Below are positions 30,319-40,973 of a DNA stretch of 64,000 nt, in pieces (positions within the stretch are counted from its first letter, which is position 1; the number at the start of each line of letters is the position of its first letter). The stretch comes from a virus: the IMG/VR virus record IMGVR_UViG_3300035701_000011, positions 33,146 through 97,145 of that record. One strand, 5' to 3'. The translations under genes and the position numbers were made by a program. Under the pieces are notes generated by a model. It saw only the letters and a program-made list of their open reading frames with translations. It ran no database searches and had not been told where the DNA came from.

Positions 30319-32093
30319 AAGTAATAATTTTGGCTGCTGGACAGGGTACTCGTTTAGGACAATTAGGAGAAAAAATTCCAAAATGTTTATTGCCTTTAAA
30401 TGGAAGTACTTTGCTGGAACAATCGATACAAACATTAAAAAAACTAAATTTAACTGACATTACTGTAATTATTGGATATATGGCAGAAAAAATACAAATT
30501 GTTTGTCATGAGGTTAAAACAGTAATTAATTCAGAATATTCTACTTCTCAACCTCCATATTCTGCAAGATTAGGAATTATATCTAATGGTTTTTTAGAAG
30601 ATGATTATTTAATAATTGATGGAGATTTAATATTTGATTCTTCAATTATTGAAAATTTGATTAATAATTATGTTAATAAATCTGTTTTAGTAACTTATAC
30701 TGCATTAACTCCACTTGAAGCAGGGAGTCGTATTGAAGAAGACAATAACAAAATAAAATCCATTGGAAGATACATTTCTCCTACTTTTCCTTTTCAAATT
30801 CATGCAGGAATAACTAGAATTACAAAAAACGATTCTAAACAATACATTGAATTAATAACCTCCAATAAATTCAAAAAAATGGAAATGCATGTTCTTTTAA
30901 ATGAATTTTGTCGAAATAATGACCTATATTATTATTCCATAGATAAAGAGAAAATTAATATTAAACCTGCTCATCTTAATTTAATCGGCGGTTCTTTTTC
31001 AGAAGTTATAACAGTTAGAGATAATGATATAATTAAAAAACAATGCACAAAAGACCCAAAAAGATTAATTAATGAAATTGAATATTTAAAACAATTACCA
31101 GAATCTTTAAAATCTTATTTTACTGAATTAATCGATTCAGAAATAGGAGAAGACTTTGCATGGTATACGATGAAATTTTTTCCTGAACTCTCATTTAAAA
31201 AATTGATTTTATCTGGAAAAATTACAACTACCGATTCCATTGACTTCTTAATTTATTTGGTTAATTTTATGAAAAATAACGTATATAATATAAATCCTAC
31301 AGCAACACATAAAAATTATGTAAATTCAGTTCATTATTATAGAGTTTTAGTTAGAAAAGATATTACGTGTGAGCGAGCCCCAATTTTTCAAAAAATATTT
31401 AATGCCGATTCAATATATTTAAATGGAGTAGAATATACTAATATTTTACCATTAATTAATCAAATGTATTGTTGTGAACAACTTACTAAGAAATTAACTC
31501 CCCCCCAATTAAATCTTATTCATGGAGATTTACATTTTGATAATATTTTAGTAAATCCTAATAAACATCCCTTTAATTTTAAATTAGTTGACCCGAAAGG
31601 ATTTAAAGTTGGAGATTCAATGTATGATATTTCAAAATTAATACATGATTTTAATGGATTGTATGATTTTATTTATGAATATATGTTTGATTTAAAATGG
31701 AAAATAAAAAATAATAAACTTTATGCTACTTTAAATTTCCATAATTGTAAAGCTGTAGATGAATTTAATAAAATTAAAGATTATTTTATAATAGAATTAA
31801 CTAAAATTTTTGAGGAAGACCAAAATTGGTATTTACGAGCTAAATTTATTGAAGCAATTAATTTCTGTTCTCTTCAACCATTCCATTTAGTCAATGATGG
31901 TATTGAGAGTAAAAGTATTGCTATGTATTTAATAGGAGTAAAATTAATTAATTATTTTTGGGATTGTTTACCTAAAGAATTAAAAATAAGTAATAATCAT
32001 TATAAAGTAATTAATATTAATACAATTGAAGATTATACTATAACCCAAAATTTAAATCAAAATAAAGAAATAGAAAAGTTCCCAGGAATATAA
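30315..32093 (+). CDS. LicC-like nucleotidyltransferase with an inserted APH/choline-kinase-like domain
   Basis: LAAGQGTRL, PKCLL, DGD; kinase HGDLHFDNIL and LVDP; terminal NINTIEDY. Confidence 0.8.
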   Translation: MKVIILAAGQGTRLGQLGEKIPKCLLPLNGSTLLEQSIQTLKKLNLTDITVIIGYMAEKIQIVCHEVKTVINSEYSTSQPPYSARLGIISNGFLEDDYLIIDGDLIFDSSIIENLINNYVNKSVLVTYTALTPLEAGSRIEEDNNKIKSIGRYISPTFPFQIHAGITRITKNDSKQYIELITSNKFKKMEMHVLLNEFCRNNDLYYYSIDKEKINIKPAHLNLIGGSFSEVITVRDNDIIKKQCTKDPKRLINEIEYLKQLPESLKSYFTELIDSEIGEDFAWYTMKFFPELSFKKLILSGKITTTDSIDFLIYLVNFMKNNVYNINPTATHKNYVNSVHYYRVLVRKDITCERAPIFQKIFNADSIYLNGVEYTNILPLINQMYCCEQLTKKLTPPQLNLIHGDLHFDNILVNPNKHPFNFKLVDPKGFKVGDSMYDISKLIHDFNGLYDFIYEYMFDLKWKIKNNKLYATLNFHNCKAVDEFNKIKDYFIIELTKIFEEDQNWYLRAKFIEAINFCSLQPFHLVNDGIESKSIAMYLIGVKLINYFWDCLPKELKISNNHYKVININTIEDYTITQNLNQNKEIEKFPGI

Positions 32094-32094
32094 A

Positions 32095-32679
32095 ATGAAT
32101 AAAATAGAAGCAAAACAAGTATTATTTGATGTTATCGATACTCTAGAAAAATATCAAATCGATTATTTCCTTTTTGGCGGAACTTTATTAGGAGCAATAA
32201 GAGAAAAAGATTTCATAGAAAATGATAATGATATTGATATAGGAATTTTACAACCTTTTTGGGAAAATAATATATTATTTCAGCAAATAACCTGGAATTT
32301 ATTATCAAAAGATATAAAAATATGTAATCTAGCAGCAACTCATGTAATGAATTTAAATAAAAATGGGATAGGTGTTGATTTATGTTATTTCAAAAAAGAA
32401 AATAATTATCACGTTACAGAGGGGTGTGGCTGGAAAATTAAAATTCCTAGTCATTATTTAAAAAAATTAGAATCTATAACTTTTTTAGGAAAAAAATGTT
32501 ATATTCCTAATAATATAGAAAATTTTTTAACTGAATTTTATACCGATACTTGGAAGAATAAAATTTCTCATAACGATACTAAATTTGGTTTACTGGAATG
32601 GTATGGCGAAAAGGAAAAAATAATAACATTTACAACTTTTTTATATATTTATAAAGATATTATAAATAAGGAAAATTAA
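32095..32679 (+). CDS. LicD-family phosphotransferase
   Basis: GGTLLGAIRE..FI..D.DIDIG. Confidence 0.85.
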   Translation: MNKIEAKQVLFDVIDTLEKYQIDYFLFGGTLLGAIREKDFIENDNDIDIGILQPFWENNILFQQITWNLLSKDIKICNLAATHVMNLNKNGIGVDLCYFKKENNYHVTEGCGWKIKIPSHYLKKLESITFLGKKCYIPNNIENFLTEFYTDTWKNKISHNDTKFGLLEWYGEKEKIITFTTFLYIYKDIINKEN

Positions 32680-32682
32680 AAA

Positions 32683-35130
32683 ATGGAAACAAATCCTAAT
32701 TCAAAAAAATGGTTAAAAATAATAGACCAATATGGTTGGGCATATTATTTTACTACCAAAGAGCAACAACGTTATTCTTATCATCAATTAGATTTAATGT
32801 CTTTTTTTGAATTCGAAGATATTCTAAATCAAATCCCAAAAATTGATTATGAAGTAATATATTATTCTGACCCTGCTATTTGGTATGATAAAGAAAAAAA
32901 GCAAATAGAAAATTTACGTAAAAATTTTCCAAAAATTAAAATTATAGGAGCAATTTCTGGAAATACTACAAATTATAAATATGATAATGTAGATTTAATT
33001 GTTCCTATCTCCTATAAAGATATAAATAATTTAAAATTAATTTATCCTAACATTCCTATAATTTTCTTACCTGAAAGTGTAGATACTAATTATTTTATCC
33101 CAAAAAATCAATATAATAATTTTATAGTAGGCTGGGCTGGTAGATTGTCTGCCCCAGATAAACGATGCCATCTATTAGATAAATTAAAATATACTGTGGA
33201 AAAACAAGCCGAACATAATGATAAAGACTTAATTAATGGTCGGTCTCTAGAACCTATGTTAAAATTTTATCACAAATTAGAATGTTTAATTTTATTGAGT
33301 AAACATGAATGTATGCCTAGAGTCGTTATGGAAGCAATGAGTTGTGGATTGCCTGTAATAGCAACAGATTGTGGGTCTATTAGATTATTATTAGATAAAG
33401 AATGGATTATTTCTAATAATCTAACTGATGAAGAAATTATAAAACAATGTAATAAAAAATTAGATATGCTAGCAAATAATTCTGTACTTCGGAAAAAAGT
33501 AGGAAAAAGAAATAGATTACATATAGAAAAATATTTTAGTTGGAAAATTAATCAACCTATGTGGGATAGAGTAATTAATTCCCTATATAATAATGATATG
33601 AAAGATATTCAAAAAGTTCATCAATATTATATGAATTTATTTCAGCCTATGTGGGAAAAAGATAAATTAGACATTTTAAAAATTATTGATGAATATGGAT
33701 GGGCATATCATTTTGTCAATCAAGAACAAATAAGATATACTAAACATAATCTTAGTTATCAAACTATTGAAGAAAGTAGTACTCTTACTACCGTACCTGA
33801 TTATGATATTATTTATTTCCACAGTTCAAATATGTATAGTTCTTGGGAAGATAAATTGATTATTAAATTACAAAAAGAAAATCCTTATACAAAAATTATA
33901 GGGGCTTATGGTGGAGAAACAGAACAAATATATCAAGACTGTGATATTGTTGTTTCTATTTCGTTAAAATATATGGAATTTTTGAAAAAAGAATATCCAA
34001 ATAAACCTGTTATCTTTCTCCCCGAATCGGTAGATACTAATTATTTCAAACCAAATAATATTTTAAATCGGTGTATTTTTGGTTGGGCTGGTAGATTATC
34101 TTCAGTCAAAAGACATCATTTATTAGATAAATTAAAATATCCTATTATAAAAAAATCCGATTGGGATAAGAAATTTTTTGTAAAAGAAAGAACTCTAGAA
34201 CCAATGAAAGATTTTTATAAAAGTATAGATGTATTTGTCCTAACTAGTCAATCCGAATGTATGCCCAGAGTAGTTTTAGAGGCTATGGCTTGTGGATTAC
34301 CTATAATATCTACCGATGTAGGGTCATTGAAACTCATAATAGAAGATGAGTGGTTAATTTTTAATACAGAGGATGAAAAAAATGTAATTGCAGAAATAAA
34401 TAAACGAATGGAAATATTAAATAAATATCCCGAAATTAGAAAACGAGTTGGAGAAAGAAATCGGAAATTTATAGAAGAACATTTCAGTTGGAAGATAACC
34501 CAACCATTATGGGATTCTGTTTTTAAATTAATTTATAATGGAGATTATAAAGGATGTGTAAATATAACAAATAAATTTTTATTAGATTTAGACGATTCTG
34601 TAACTTCTCATTTAGGCAGAGAAGCAATTGATATTCCAATAACTTCCAATCATATTAAAATTAAACTAGAAAAAATTAATTCTATACCTGTAGCAAAACC
34701 AATTATTCCTTTAAAGATTATTAAAGAAGAAAAGCAAGAAACCTTATTAGAAAAAATGTTTAAACCAAAACCTAAAATAGAAAATATAACTAAAGAAGAA
34801 CGATATAGAACCTTTTTTAAAGAACTTAATTCTAATGATATAAAATATTGGTTAATAAAAAATAGTTGTTTAGAACGGATTGTTTTAAGAGAATTAAAAA
34901 CTGAACTTCTCAATTTAGGTACCTGTGATATTAATAATCAAAATAAAATTAATTTAATTGCCGAACAATTTAAAATTCCTGTAGAAATAACTATAGAAAA
35001 CAGGAAAATTAAAGAATTTTCTATTTATGGAGAAACTATTTTTGTTCCGATACCTGTTGTAGAATATTTATATCGTATTTTTGGAAAAGATAATTTAATT
35101 AAAAAATATGGAGAAGAATGGATAAAATGA
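32683..35130 (+). CDS. Tandem GT4 glycosyltransferase with a degenerate LicD-like C-terminus
   Basis: Two copies of KIID.YGWAY / LPESVDTNYF / GWAGRLS / ECMPRVV.EAM.CGLP. Confidence 0.85.
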   Translation: METNPNSKKWLKIIDQYGWAYYFTTKEQQRYSYHQLDLMSFFEFEDILNQIPKIDYEVIYYSDPAIWYDKEKKQIENLRKNFPKIKIIGAISGNTTNYKYDNVDLIVPISYKDINNLKLIYPNIPIIFLPESVDTNYFIPKNQYNNFIVGWAGRLSAPDKRCHLLDKLKYTVEKQAEHNDKDLINGRSLEPMLKFYHKLECLILLSKHECMPRVVMEAMSCGLPVIATDCGSIRLLLDKEWIISNNLTDEEIIKQCNKKLDMLANNSVLRKKVGKRNRLHIEKYFSWKINQPMWDRVINSLYNNDMKDIQKVHQYYMNLFQPMWEKDKLDILKIIDEYGWAYHFVNQEQIRYTKHNLSYQTIEESSTLTTVPDYDIIYFHSSNMYSSWEDKLIIKLQKENPYTKIIGAYGGETEQIYQDCDIVVSISLKYMEFLKKEYPNKPVIFLPESVDTNYFKPNNILNRCIFGWAGRLSSVKRHHLLDKLKYPIIKKSDWDKKFFVKERTLEPMKDFYKSIDVFVLTSQSECMPRVVLEAMACGLPIISTDVGSLKLIIEDEWLIFNTEDEKNVIAEINKRMEILNKYPEIRKRVGERNRKFIEEHFSWKITQPLWDSVFKLIYNGDYKGCVNITNKFLLDLDDSVTSHLGREAIDIPITSNHIKIKLEKINSIPVAKPIIPLKIIKEEKQETLLEKMFKPKPKIENITKEERYRTFFKELNSNDIKYWLIKNSCLERIVLRELKTELLNLGTCDINNQNKINLIAEQFKIPVEITIENRKIKEFSIYGETIFVPIPVVEYLYRIFGKDNLIKKYGEEWIK

Positions 35131-35762
35131 AAATATTAACTATAGGAAGTCATTTTGACGATTTGGAATTATCTTGTGGAGGTACAATAGCAAAATTTGC
35201 CTCTCAAGGACATATTATTTGGAGTATTATGACTGCAAAATCAGATTATACCTCTTATAATGGTATTATTTTACGTACAGAACAACAAGCCAAAGAAGAA
35301 GGAACTAAAGGATTATTATCTTTAGGAGTGGAAAAAGTAATCTGTCTGAACTATCCTACCAAAGATGTACCATTTGATTCTAAAATAATTGAATCGTTAA
35401 ACAGATGGATTGATATTTTTAATCCCGATATTATAATTACACACGCTCTCAATGAAAGTCATCCCGACCATTATAATACTGCTAAAAGTGTTATGGCTGC
35501 TGCTCGTTATCAAAAGACTATTTGGATGTTTGAAACTTTATATCCTTCCAAAACATCTACTCAATTATTTAGACCCTTAATTTATGTAGATATTAGTAAT
35601 TTTCTTAATTTAAAATTAAAATCTTTACAAGAACATAAAAGTCAAATTGAAAAATATTCATATTGGAAAGATTTAATTATTTCTTTAGCAAGAGTAAGAG
35701 GAATAGAAATAGGAACTCAATATGCCGAAGTATTTGATGTTATAAAAATGGAGTACAAATGA
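35127..35762 (+). CDS. PIG-L/LmbE-family N-deacetylase
   Basis: HFDD.E..CGG, HPDH, H.SQ, YAE.F. Confidence 0.88.
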   Translation: MKILTIGSHFDDLELSCGGTIAKFASQGHIIWSIMTAKSDYTSYNGIILRTEQQAKEEGTKGLLSLGVEKVICLNYPTKDVPFDSKIIESLNRWIDIFNPDIIITHALNESHPDHYNTAKSVMAAARYQKTIWMFETLYPSKTSTQLFRPLIYVDISNFLNLKLKSLQEHKSQIEKYSYWKDLIISLARVRGIEIGTQYAEVFDVIKMEYK

Positions 35763-36388
35763 TAATAACTATACATCAAATAGAACATTTACCACATATA
35801 TCATTATTTAAAAAGTTCGCAAAAGCAAATATTATTGTTTTAGGAGATACTTTTCAATTTAAAAAGAATTATTTTGAAAATCGGAACAAAATAAAAGCCA
35901 ATAACAAACAAGGATGGCAATGGATAACCGTTCCTGTTCAATCTCATAACCATAAACAAATGAAAGATATTCAGATAAGTTATAGTTATGATTGGCAAAA
36001 AAAATATTTGTCATCTATAAAATTCAATTATGAAAAAGCAATCTATTTTTGCAAGTATTACGAAGATATTCAATATATAATCTCAAAAAATTATAAATAC
36101 CTCCGAGATTTAAATTATCATTTAATCAAAATATTTTTAAAATGGTTCAATATAAAAAAAGAAATTATTTTAACTTCTGAATTAAACTTAAATCCTGAGT
36201 TAAAAGGAACTGATTTGTTAGTAGAAATCTGTAAAAAAGTAGGTGCAGATACTTATTTATCTGGTGCAAGTGGAAGGGATTATTTGGAATTAAATAAATT
36301 CGGAGATATTAAAGTCATTTTTCACGAAAAAGAAGAAGGATTGAGTGCTATAGACCATTTATTTAGAATAGGAGGGTTTCTTGAATAA
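35759..36388 (+). CDS. WbqC-family protein
   Basis: IHQ...LP, QF.K..FENRNKI, W.TVPV, YLSG.SG.DYL. Confidence 0.85.
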   Translation: MIITIHQIEHLPHISLFKKFAKANIIVLGDTFQFKKNYFENRNKIKANNKQGWQWITVPVQSHNHKQMKDIQISYSYDWQKKYLSSIKFNYEKAIYFCKYYEDIQYIISKNYKYLRDLNYHLIKIFLKWFNIKKEIILTSELNLNPELKGTDLLVEICKKVGADTYLSGASGRDYLELNKFGDIKVIFHEKEEGLSAIDHLFRIGGFLE

Positions 36389-37313
36389 ATCTTATTCTTT
36401 AGGATTATCTGGATGGAGACCTAATTCATTAGGAGAAGCAACATCAAGTAATGATATGATATTTGCTGAATTAGAAAATGGATTTAAACAATTAAATCAT
36501 GTAGATTTGCATATTCTACCAGTAACTTGGGGGGCTATGGAAAAAAATTCGGATATTTATTTTAATGTTCTTCCAGAATTGGATTTCCTCTTATTACATA
36601 TTTATAATGGTTATTCTGTTATTCAAAATATTGAAAAAGCAAGAAACAAAATTAAATATCAAATTTGTTCATTTATTGAACATCCTCAAGAAAAGATGGA
36701 CTTCACTTTTGGATATTTAAAAAATTTTGAACCTAATTGTTACATCCCTTTTCCTTATAGTAAAGAATTCATGATTAATAAACCAAAAATACCAAAAACA
36801 ATATTATTAGAGAGTCCTCATCTTTTAAATGGTATACCAATGTTAAAATGGGATATATCCGAAAAATTAATTATGTGGTTAAAACCTTTAATTGAAGAAA
36901 ATTATAGAATTTATCAATTAACTACAAAAAAATCTATAGTAGATTTTGTGGAACCAATAATAATTTGCAATTATGAAAAATATATGGAATCAACTTCTCA
37001 AATAGAAACATTTATTCAATCCCATGTTGGAAGTTACGAACATTCTATTATAGATATGGTAGGAAGAGGTATCAGAACTTTAATTCCAGAAAATCAATTA
37101 AAAAACCATACTTCTACATTTATCCCTACAGAAATAGTTTATAATTTACAATTACCCGTATTCACAACTCAAGAAGAATTTTTAAATATAATAAGAACTC
37201 CAGTAGATATTGATTTATGGAATTCTAAAATTAATAAAATGACCGAAATGAAAGAAGTAATTAAAATAATAGATAATCATTTTCAAGAGGTCTTGGATAA
37301 AAATGATAAATAA
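36381..37313 (+). CDS. Hypothetical protein, possible GT-B glycosyltransferase
   Basis: Cluster context; GSYEHSIIDMVGRG resembles a GT-B nucleotide-binding helix. Confidence 0.4.
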   Translation: MNKSYSLGLSGWRPNSLGEATSSNDMIFAELENGFKQLNHVDLHILPVTWGAMEKNSDIYFNVLPELDFLLLHIYNGYSVIQNIEKARNKIKYQICSFIEHPQEKMDFTFGYLKNFEPNCYIPFPYSKEFMINKPKIPKTILLESPHLLNGIPMLKWDISEKLIMWLKPLIEENYRIYQLTTKKSIVDFVEPIIICNYEKYMESTSQIETFIQSHVGSYEHSIIDMVGRGIRTLIPENQLKNHTSTFIPTEIVYNLQLPVFTTQEEFLNIIRTPVDIDLWNSKINKMTEMKEVIKIIDNHFQEVLDKNDK

Positions 37314-37329
37314 AAGGAAAAAATAATCT

Positions 37330-38133
37330 ATGAATAACTATAAAATTGCAATATTGATTACTACATTTTTGCGTGATAATCTCCTTTATAAGACACTTCA
37401 GACTATCGTAGATTATCATTCTGACAATTATATAGTTTTAATTGCTGACCAAGGATATACTTCTTCTGAAAAAGATATAACTATAGATTATTATAAATCG
37501 CAAATACCTTTAGAGTATTATAAAATTCCTTTTGATTCTGGACTTAGTTATGCTAGAAATTATTTAGTTAAAAAAGCATCCGAAATGAATATTCCTTATC
37601 TACTTCTTTCAGCAGATTCTATTCAATTTACACAACCTTATGATTTTCAATCAATTATAAATTTTTTAGAACAAGATATTAAACGAGGAATTGTGGGATT
37701 TAACCTAATAGGAAGTAAATGCCCCTGGGAATTTTTAATGGAAGTTATTCCTACTGGTATCAAATTAACTTCTTCATTAAATTATATTGATTTTGAAGAA
37801 ATTAAATATAAAAAAGTCGATATTTGCAGAAATATATTTATTGCAAAAACACCGACAGTTATTAATCTGTGGGATGAAGAAATGAAACTTTGTGAACATG
37901 AATTAGCTTTTTTAGAATATAAAAAAAGAGGTTATGAAGTTTATTGGACCGATTCTTATAAATTTAAAAAGGTTTCTGGGCGTAATACAGAAGAATACGA
38001 ATCTTATAGAAAAAGATTACATGATTATCAAAAAATATTAAAGCAAAAATTAAATATATCTGGATGGGTAATTTATTCTCCAGAAGTAATGAAAGAAATA
38101 AGAGAATATAAAGAGAAAAATAAATGTATATAG
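37330..38133 (+). CDS. GT2 glycosyltransferase
   Basis: ILITTFLR, IADQG, DSGLSYARN, CEH. Confidence 0.8.
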   Translation: MNNYKIAILITTFLRDNLLYKTLQTIVDYHSDNYIVLIADQGYTSSEKDITIDYYKSQIPLEYYKIPFDSGLSYARNYLVKKASEMNIPYLLLSADSIQFTQPYDFQSIINFLEQDIKRGIVGFNLIGSKCPWEFLMEVIPTGIKLTSSLNYIDFEEIKYKKVDICRNIFIAKTPTVINLWDEEMKLCEHELAFLEYKKRGYEVYWTDSYKFKKVSGRNTEEYESYRKRLHDYQKILKQKLNISGWVIYSPEVMKEIREYKEKNKCI

Positions 38134-38402
38134 GACAAAAACTATTAGTTAAACATGAAGGTAAAGTACAAGAAGGAATTGTAGAAAATATTTATCTAGA
38201 AGATTTAGATATTCGTTTAAATAATAGAGAATTAATTAGTCGTAAATTCTGGGAAGTGAGAAAAGTTGATGAAAAAAAAGAATAATAAAAAAGATGAGTT
38301 ATTAGAATTGGCAAGAGAATTTTGTCTTACTTGTCCTTGTTGTGGCAGAAAAATGCCCAATTTTAAATTTAAAAGAAATAAAGGCTGTAAATGGTGTAAA
38401 AA

Positions 38403-39128
38403 ATGACCAATATTAATGAAATAATGATAATAGGGGGTGGGAAATCAATCCAGGATGGCTTAAATCAAGGGTTGCAGCCTCTTCTTGCCACGAAGTTCGT
38501 TATAGGCACTAATTATAGCTTTAAGACCTTTTCCAGCACATTTTTGTGCTTCCAGGACCGAGAATTTTATGTACCTGATTATGCCAAAAATTATCCTGAT
38601 GAAAAAACTATACGTCATCCTGATATTTATAATGAATTAAAACAGTTACCTCTTATAATAGGAATTAATATTAATGGAATAGAAGAGTTTAAATTAGATA
38701 ATACTATTTTATTAGATAAAAAAGAAATGGAAAAACTAACGGGAATTTTTGCTTTAAAATTAGCAGAAAAGATAATGGAAAAAGGTACTATTTATTTGTT
38801 AGGATTTGATTGGAACCGCAGGATAGGACTTCCAGAAAGAGACCCAAATTATAATCCAAAAACTGATTTACAAATTCATTATTATAATAATATTAAACAT
38901 AGAGGAGTAGGTTATGTAGGTTATTATGAAAATCATAATCCAGATAAAATATTTGTACAATTCATAAAAAAAGACGTTAAAATATTTAACGTCTCTTTAC
39001 AGAGTAACATAAATTGTTTTCCTAAAATTTCTTACGAACACATGTACACATTGCTGAACAAAGAAAAAATAAATCAAAAAGAAGCAAGGCAAGAAATAAA
39101 AAATAAATTCAATCATGATTTGAAATAG
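38403..39128 (+). CDS. DUF115/MptE/Maf-like (sialyltransferase-like fold) protein
   Basis: IIGGGKSI, VIGTN, TG..A, IYLLGFD, HYY. Confidence 0.65.
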   Translation: MTNINEIMIIGGGKSIQDGLNQGLQPLLATKFVIGTNYSFKTFSSTFLCFQDREFYVPDYAKNYPDEKTIRHPDIYNELKQLPLIIGININGIEEFKLDNTILLDKKEMEKLTGIFALKLAEKIMEKGTIYLLGFDWNRRIGLPERDPNYNPKTDLQIHYYNNIKHRGVGYVGYYENHNPDKIFVQFIKKDVKIFNVSLQSNINCFPKISYEHMYTLLNKEKINQKEARQEIKNKFNHDLK

Positions 39129-40266
39129 TAATAATTCCCATACTTATATTAACTAAAGTACTTTGAAAATAATTAAAAGGAATATCTCCCTCAAGAGGAT
39201 AACTTGCTGATTGCCCTAGAGACTCAAAATCACATTGAAAAGCAATACTATTGATAAGTTGTACACCATCATTATATAAATTTCTCGCAAAACTTCCATC
39301 AAAAGTATCAGATATATATATATCATAAGATGGTGGTTCTCCTGGGCGACCAAAACGATATTTTTTTCCACCTATCGAAATTTGAAAATAAGGCAGTTCA
39401 AAATTAGGGTATAAATTTTTTGAACCATTAGTTCTGATAAAATTAAATAAAAGATTATTTATTGTTAATTCTGTATTTGGTTTTGTAGCAAAAATTAAAT
39501 CAAAATCACAAATAAAATCAAAATAAACTCTTGCCCAGGGATTAGCAGCCCACCCTGTAGGTTCAGCATAAGAATAGGCGGTATAATTAAATTTAGATAA
39601 ACTATAATTACCGCTTGCCTCTACATTACCTATACCAAAAGGACACGCAGCAGTAGCTTGTAACATTCGTTTTTTAAAATCCACATCATTATATTTCCAA
39701 AGATAGTTGCACATAAATGTTCCAGTTGCTGTATCGGATTTCGGTGGCTCCCAATATCCCCAGTTCAAATTGTCGTATTTTAGATAAACTGATTTATAGG
39801 GTGAAGAATATTTTTCAATCCATGTTTCTTTCCACCCCATAGAAATAAAATGTCTTAAATCTTCTATATGGATTGCTTTACATTGATATTTTTCAGTCAA
39901 TTCAAGGTCTGTCCAGTTATCTTTAGAATTCATTGAATTTCCATCTTCATCAGTACTTAAAAAATCATGTAAAGACATACCTGTAATTGTTAATATTTTT
40001 TCTGTAGAACTTCTTAATTCTAAAATGTATTGTTTTATATTTTGATAAAAATAAAGAATACTTATAGGAGTAAAATTAGTGAGAGGAGTAACTCCATTAT
40101 CAATTTCTTGTTGATGCCTTTCATCTTGTAATTCTTCTATGTGAGTTGTAATTAATTGAATAAATCCCTTAAATTCATCTGTAGAAAGACTTGGAATAAC
40201 TAAAAGAGGGTCGTTAGTATAAATTCCAACCGTTCTTCCACAAATCGGACATTTTCCCATTATTAT
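39109..40266 (-). CDS. Virion structural protein (tail tip/fibre region)
   Basis: Last gene of the structural arm; probable start near IIMGKCPICG. Confidence 0.45.
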   Translation of the reverse strand: MIMGKCPICGRTVGIYTNDPLLVIPSLSTDEFKGFIQLITTHIEELQDERHQQEIDNGVTPLTNFTPISILYFYQNIKQYILELRSSTEKILTITGMSLHDFLSTDEDGNSMNSKDNWTDLELTEKYQCKAIHIEDLRHFISMGWKETWIEKYSSPYKSVYLKYDNLNWGYWEPPKSDTATGTFMCNYLWKYNDVDFKKRMLQATAACPFGIGNVEASGNYSLSKFNYTAYSYAEPTGWAANPWARVYFDFICDFDLIFATKPNTELTINNLLFNFIRTNGSKNLYPNFELPYFQISIGGKKYRFGRPGEPPSYDIYISDTFDGSFARNLYNDGVQLINSIAFQCDFESLGQSASYPLEGDIPFNYFQSTLVNISMGIITISNHD

Positions 40267-40955
40267 ACTCCTGGAGCATAAACCGAAAATAGTCTCCAAC
40301 AATTACCTGATTCATCCCATGTGATTGATGTTTTTGTAGTATCTGGATTGTATAATAAACTTTTCTTTTCTTGACCTTTACTATCTAACATAATATCCCC
40401 ATTTTCATCTCTTTCCACCAGAAAGCATTTTTTAACATCTATTTCATAAGATGCGACCCCCCAAGTTCCTTTATCTGGATTAAAAATCAAATCTAATAAT
40501 CCAATTTTATCTACTTGTTCACCATTTGTATTTATTTCCTTTTTTATTTGTGGTTGTGTTACCCAAAATTGTTGACTATGTTTGTTTGTAACAGGAGTAG
40601 CAACAAAATCATATTCTACAATTTCTAATACATCTTTTATTAGTGCTCCTCCAGAAAAACGAGAGTGAGAATGTTTATTATATCCTTTTCCTGTAATTGT
40701 ATCTGGAACTGGAGGTTCTACATTTGCTGGAGGATTCCCTAATTCCGAAGTATTCCAAATTATTGACCCCCCTAACATTTGACCCATTCCTGTTTTAATA
40801 TCAACAGAACTTATTAATCCTCTATCTCTACCGCCACCAGTAACTGTAATTGGTTTTTTATAGGTTCCTTCTGTATTACGGGATAGGTCTTCGACTTTAG
40901 AAGTTAATTCAATTATTTTATCTTCGAGTTCTTTTATTCTAGTATTAAGAGACAT
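40263..40955 (-). CDS. Putative tail/baseplate protein
   Basis: Position after the hub gene; AAGGAG RBS. Confidence 0.45.
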   Translation of the reverse strand: MSLNTRIKELEDKIIELTSKVEDLSRNTEGTYKKPITVTGGGRDRGLISSVDIKTGMGQMLGGSIIWNTSELGNPPANVEPPVPDTITGKGYNKHSHSRFSGGALIKDVLEIVEYDFVATPVTNKHSQQFWVTQPQIKKEINTNGEQVDKIGLLDLIFNPDKGTWGVASYEIDVKKCFLVERDENGDIMLDSKGQEKKSLLYNPDTTKTSITWDESGNCWRLFSVYAPGV

Positions 40956-40973
40956 ATATTTTCTCCTTACTTG

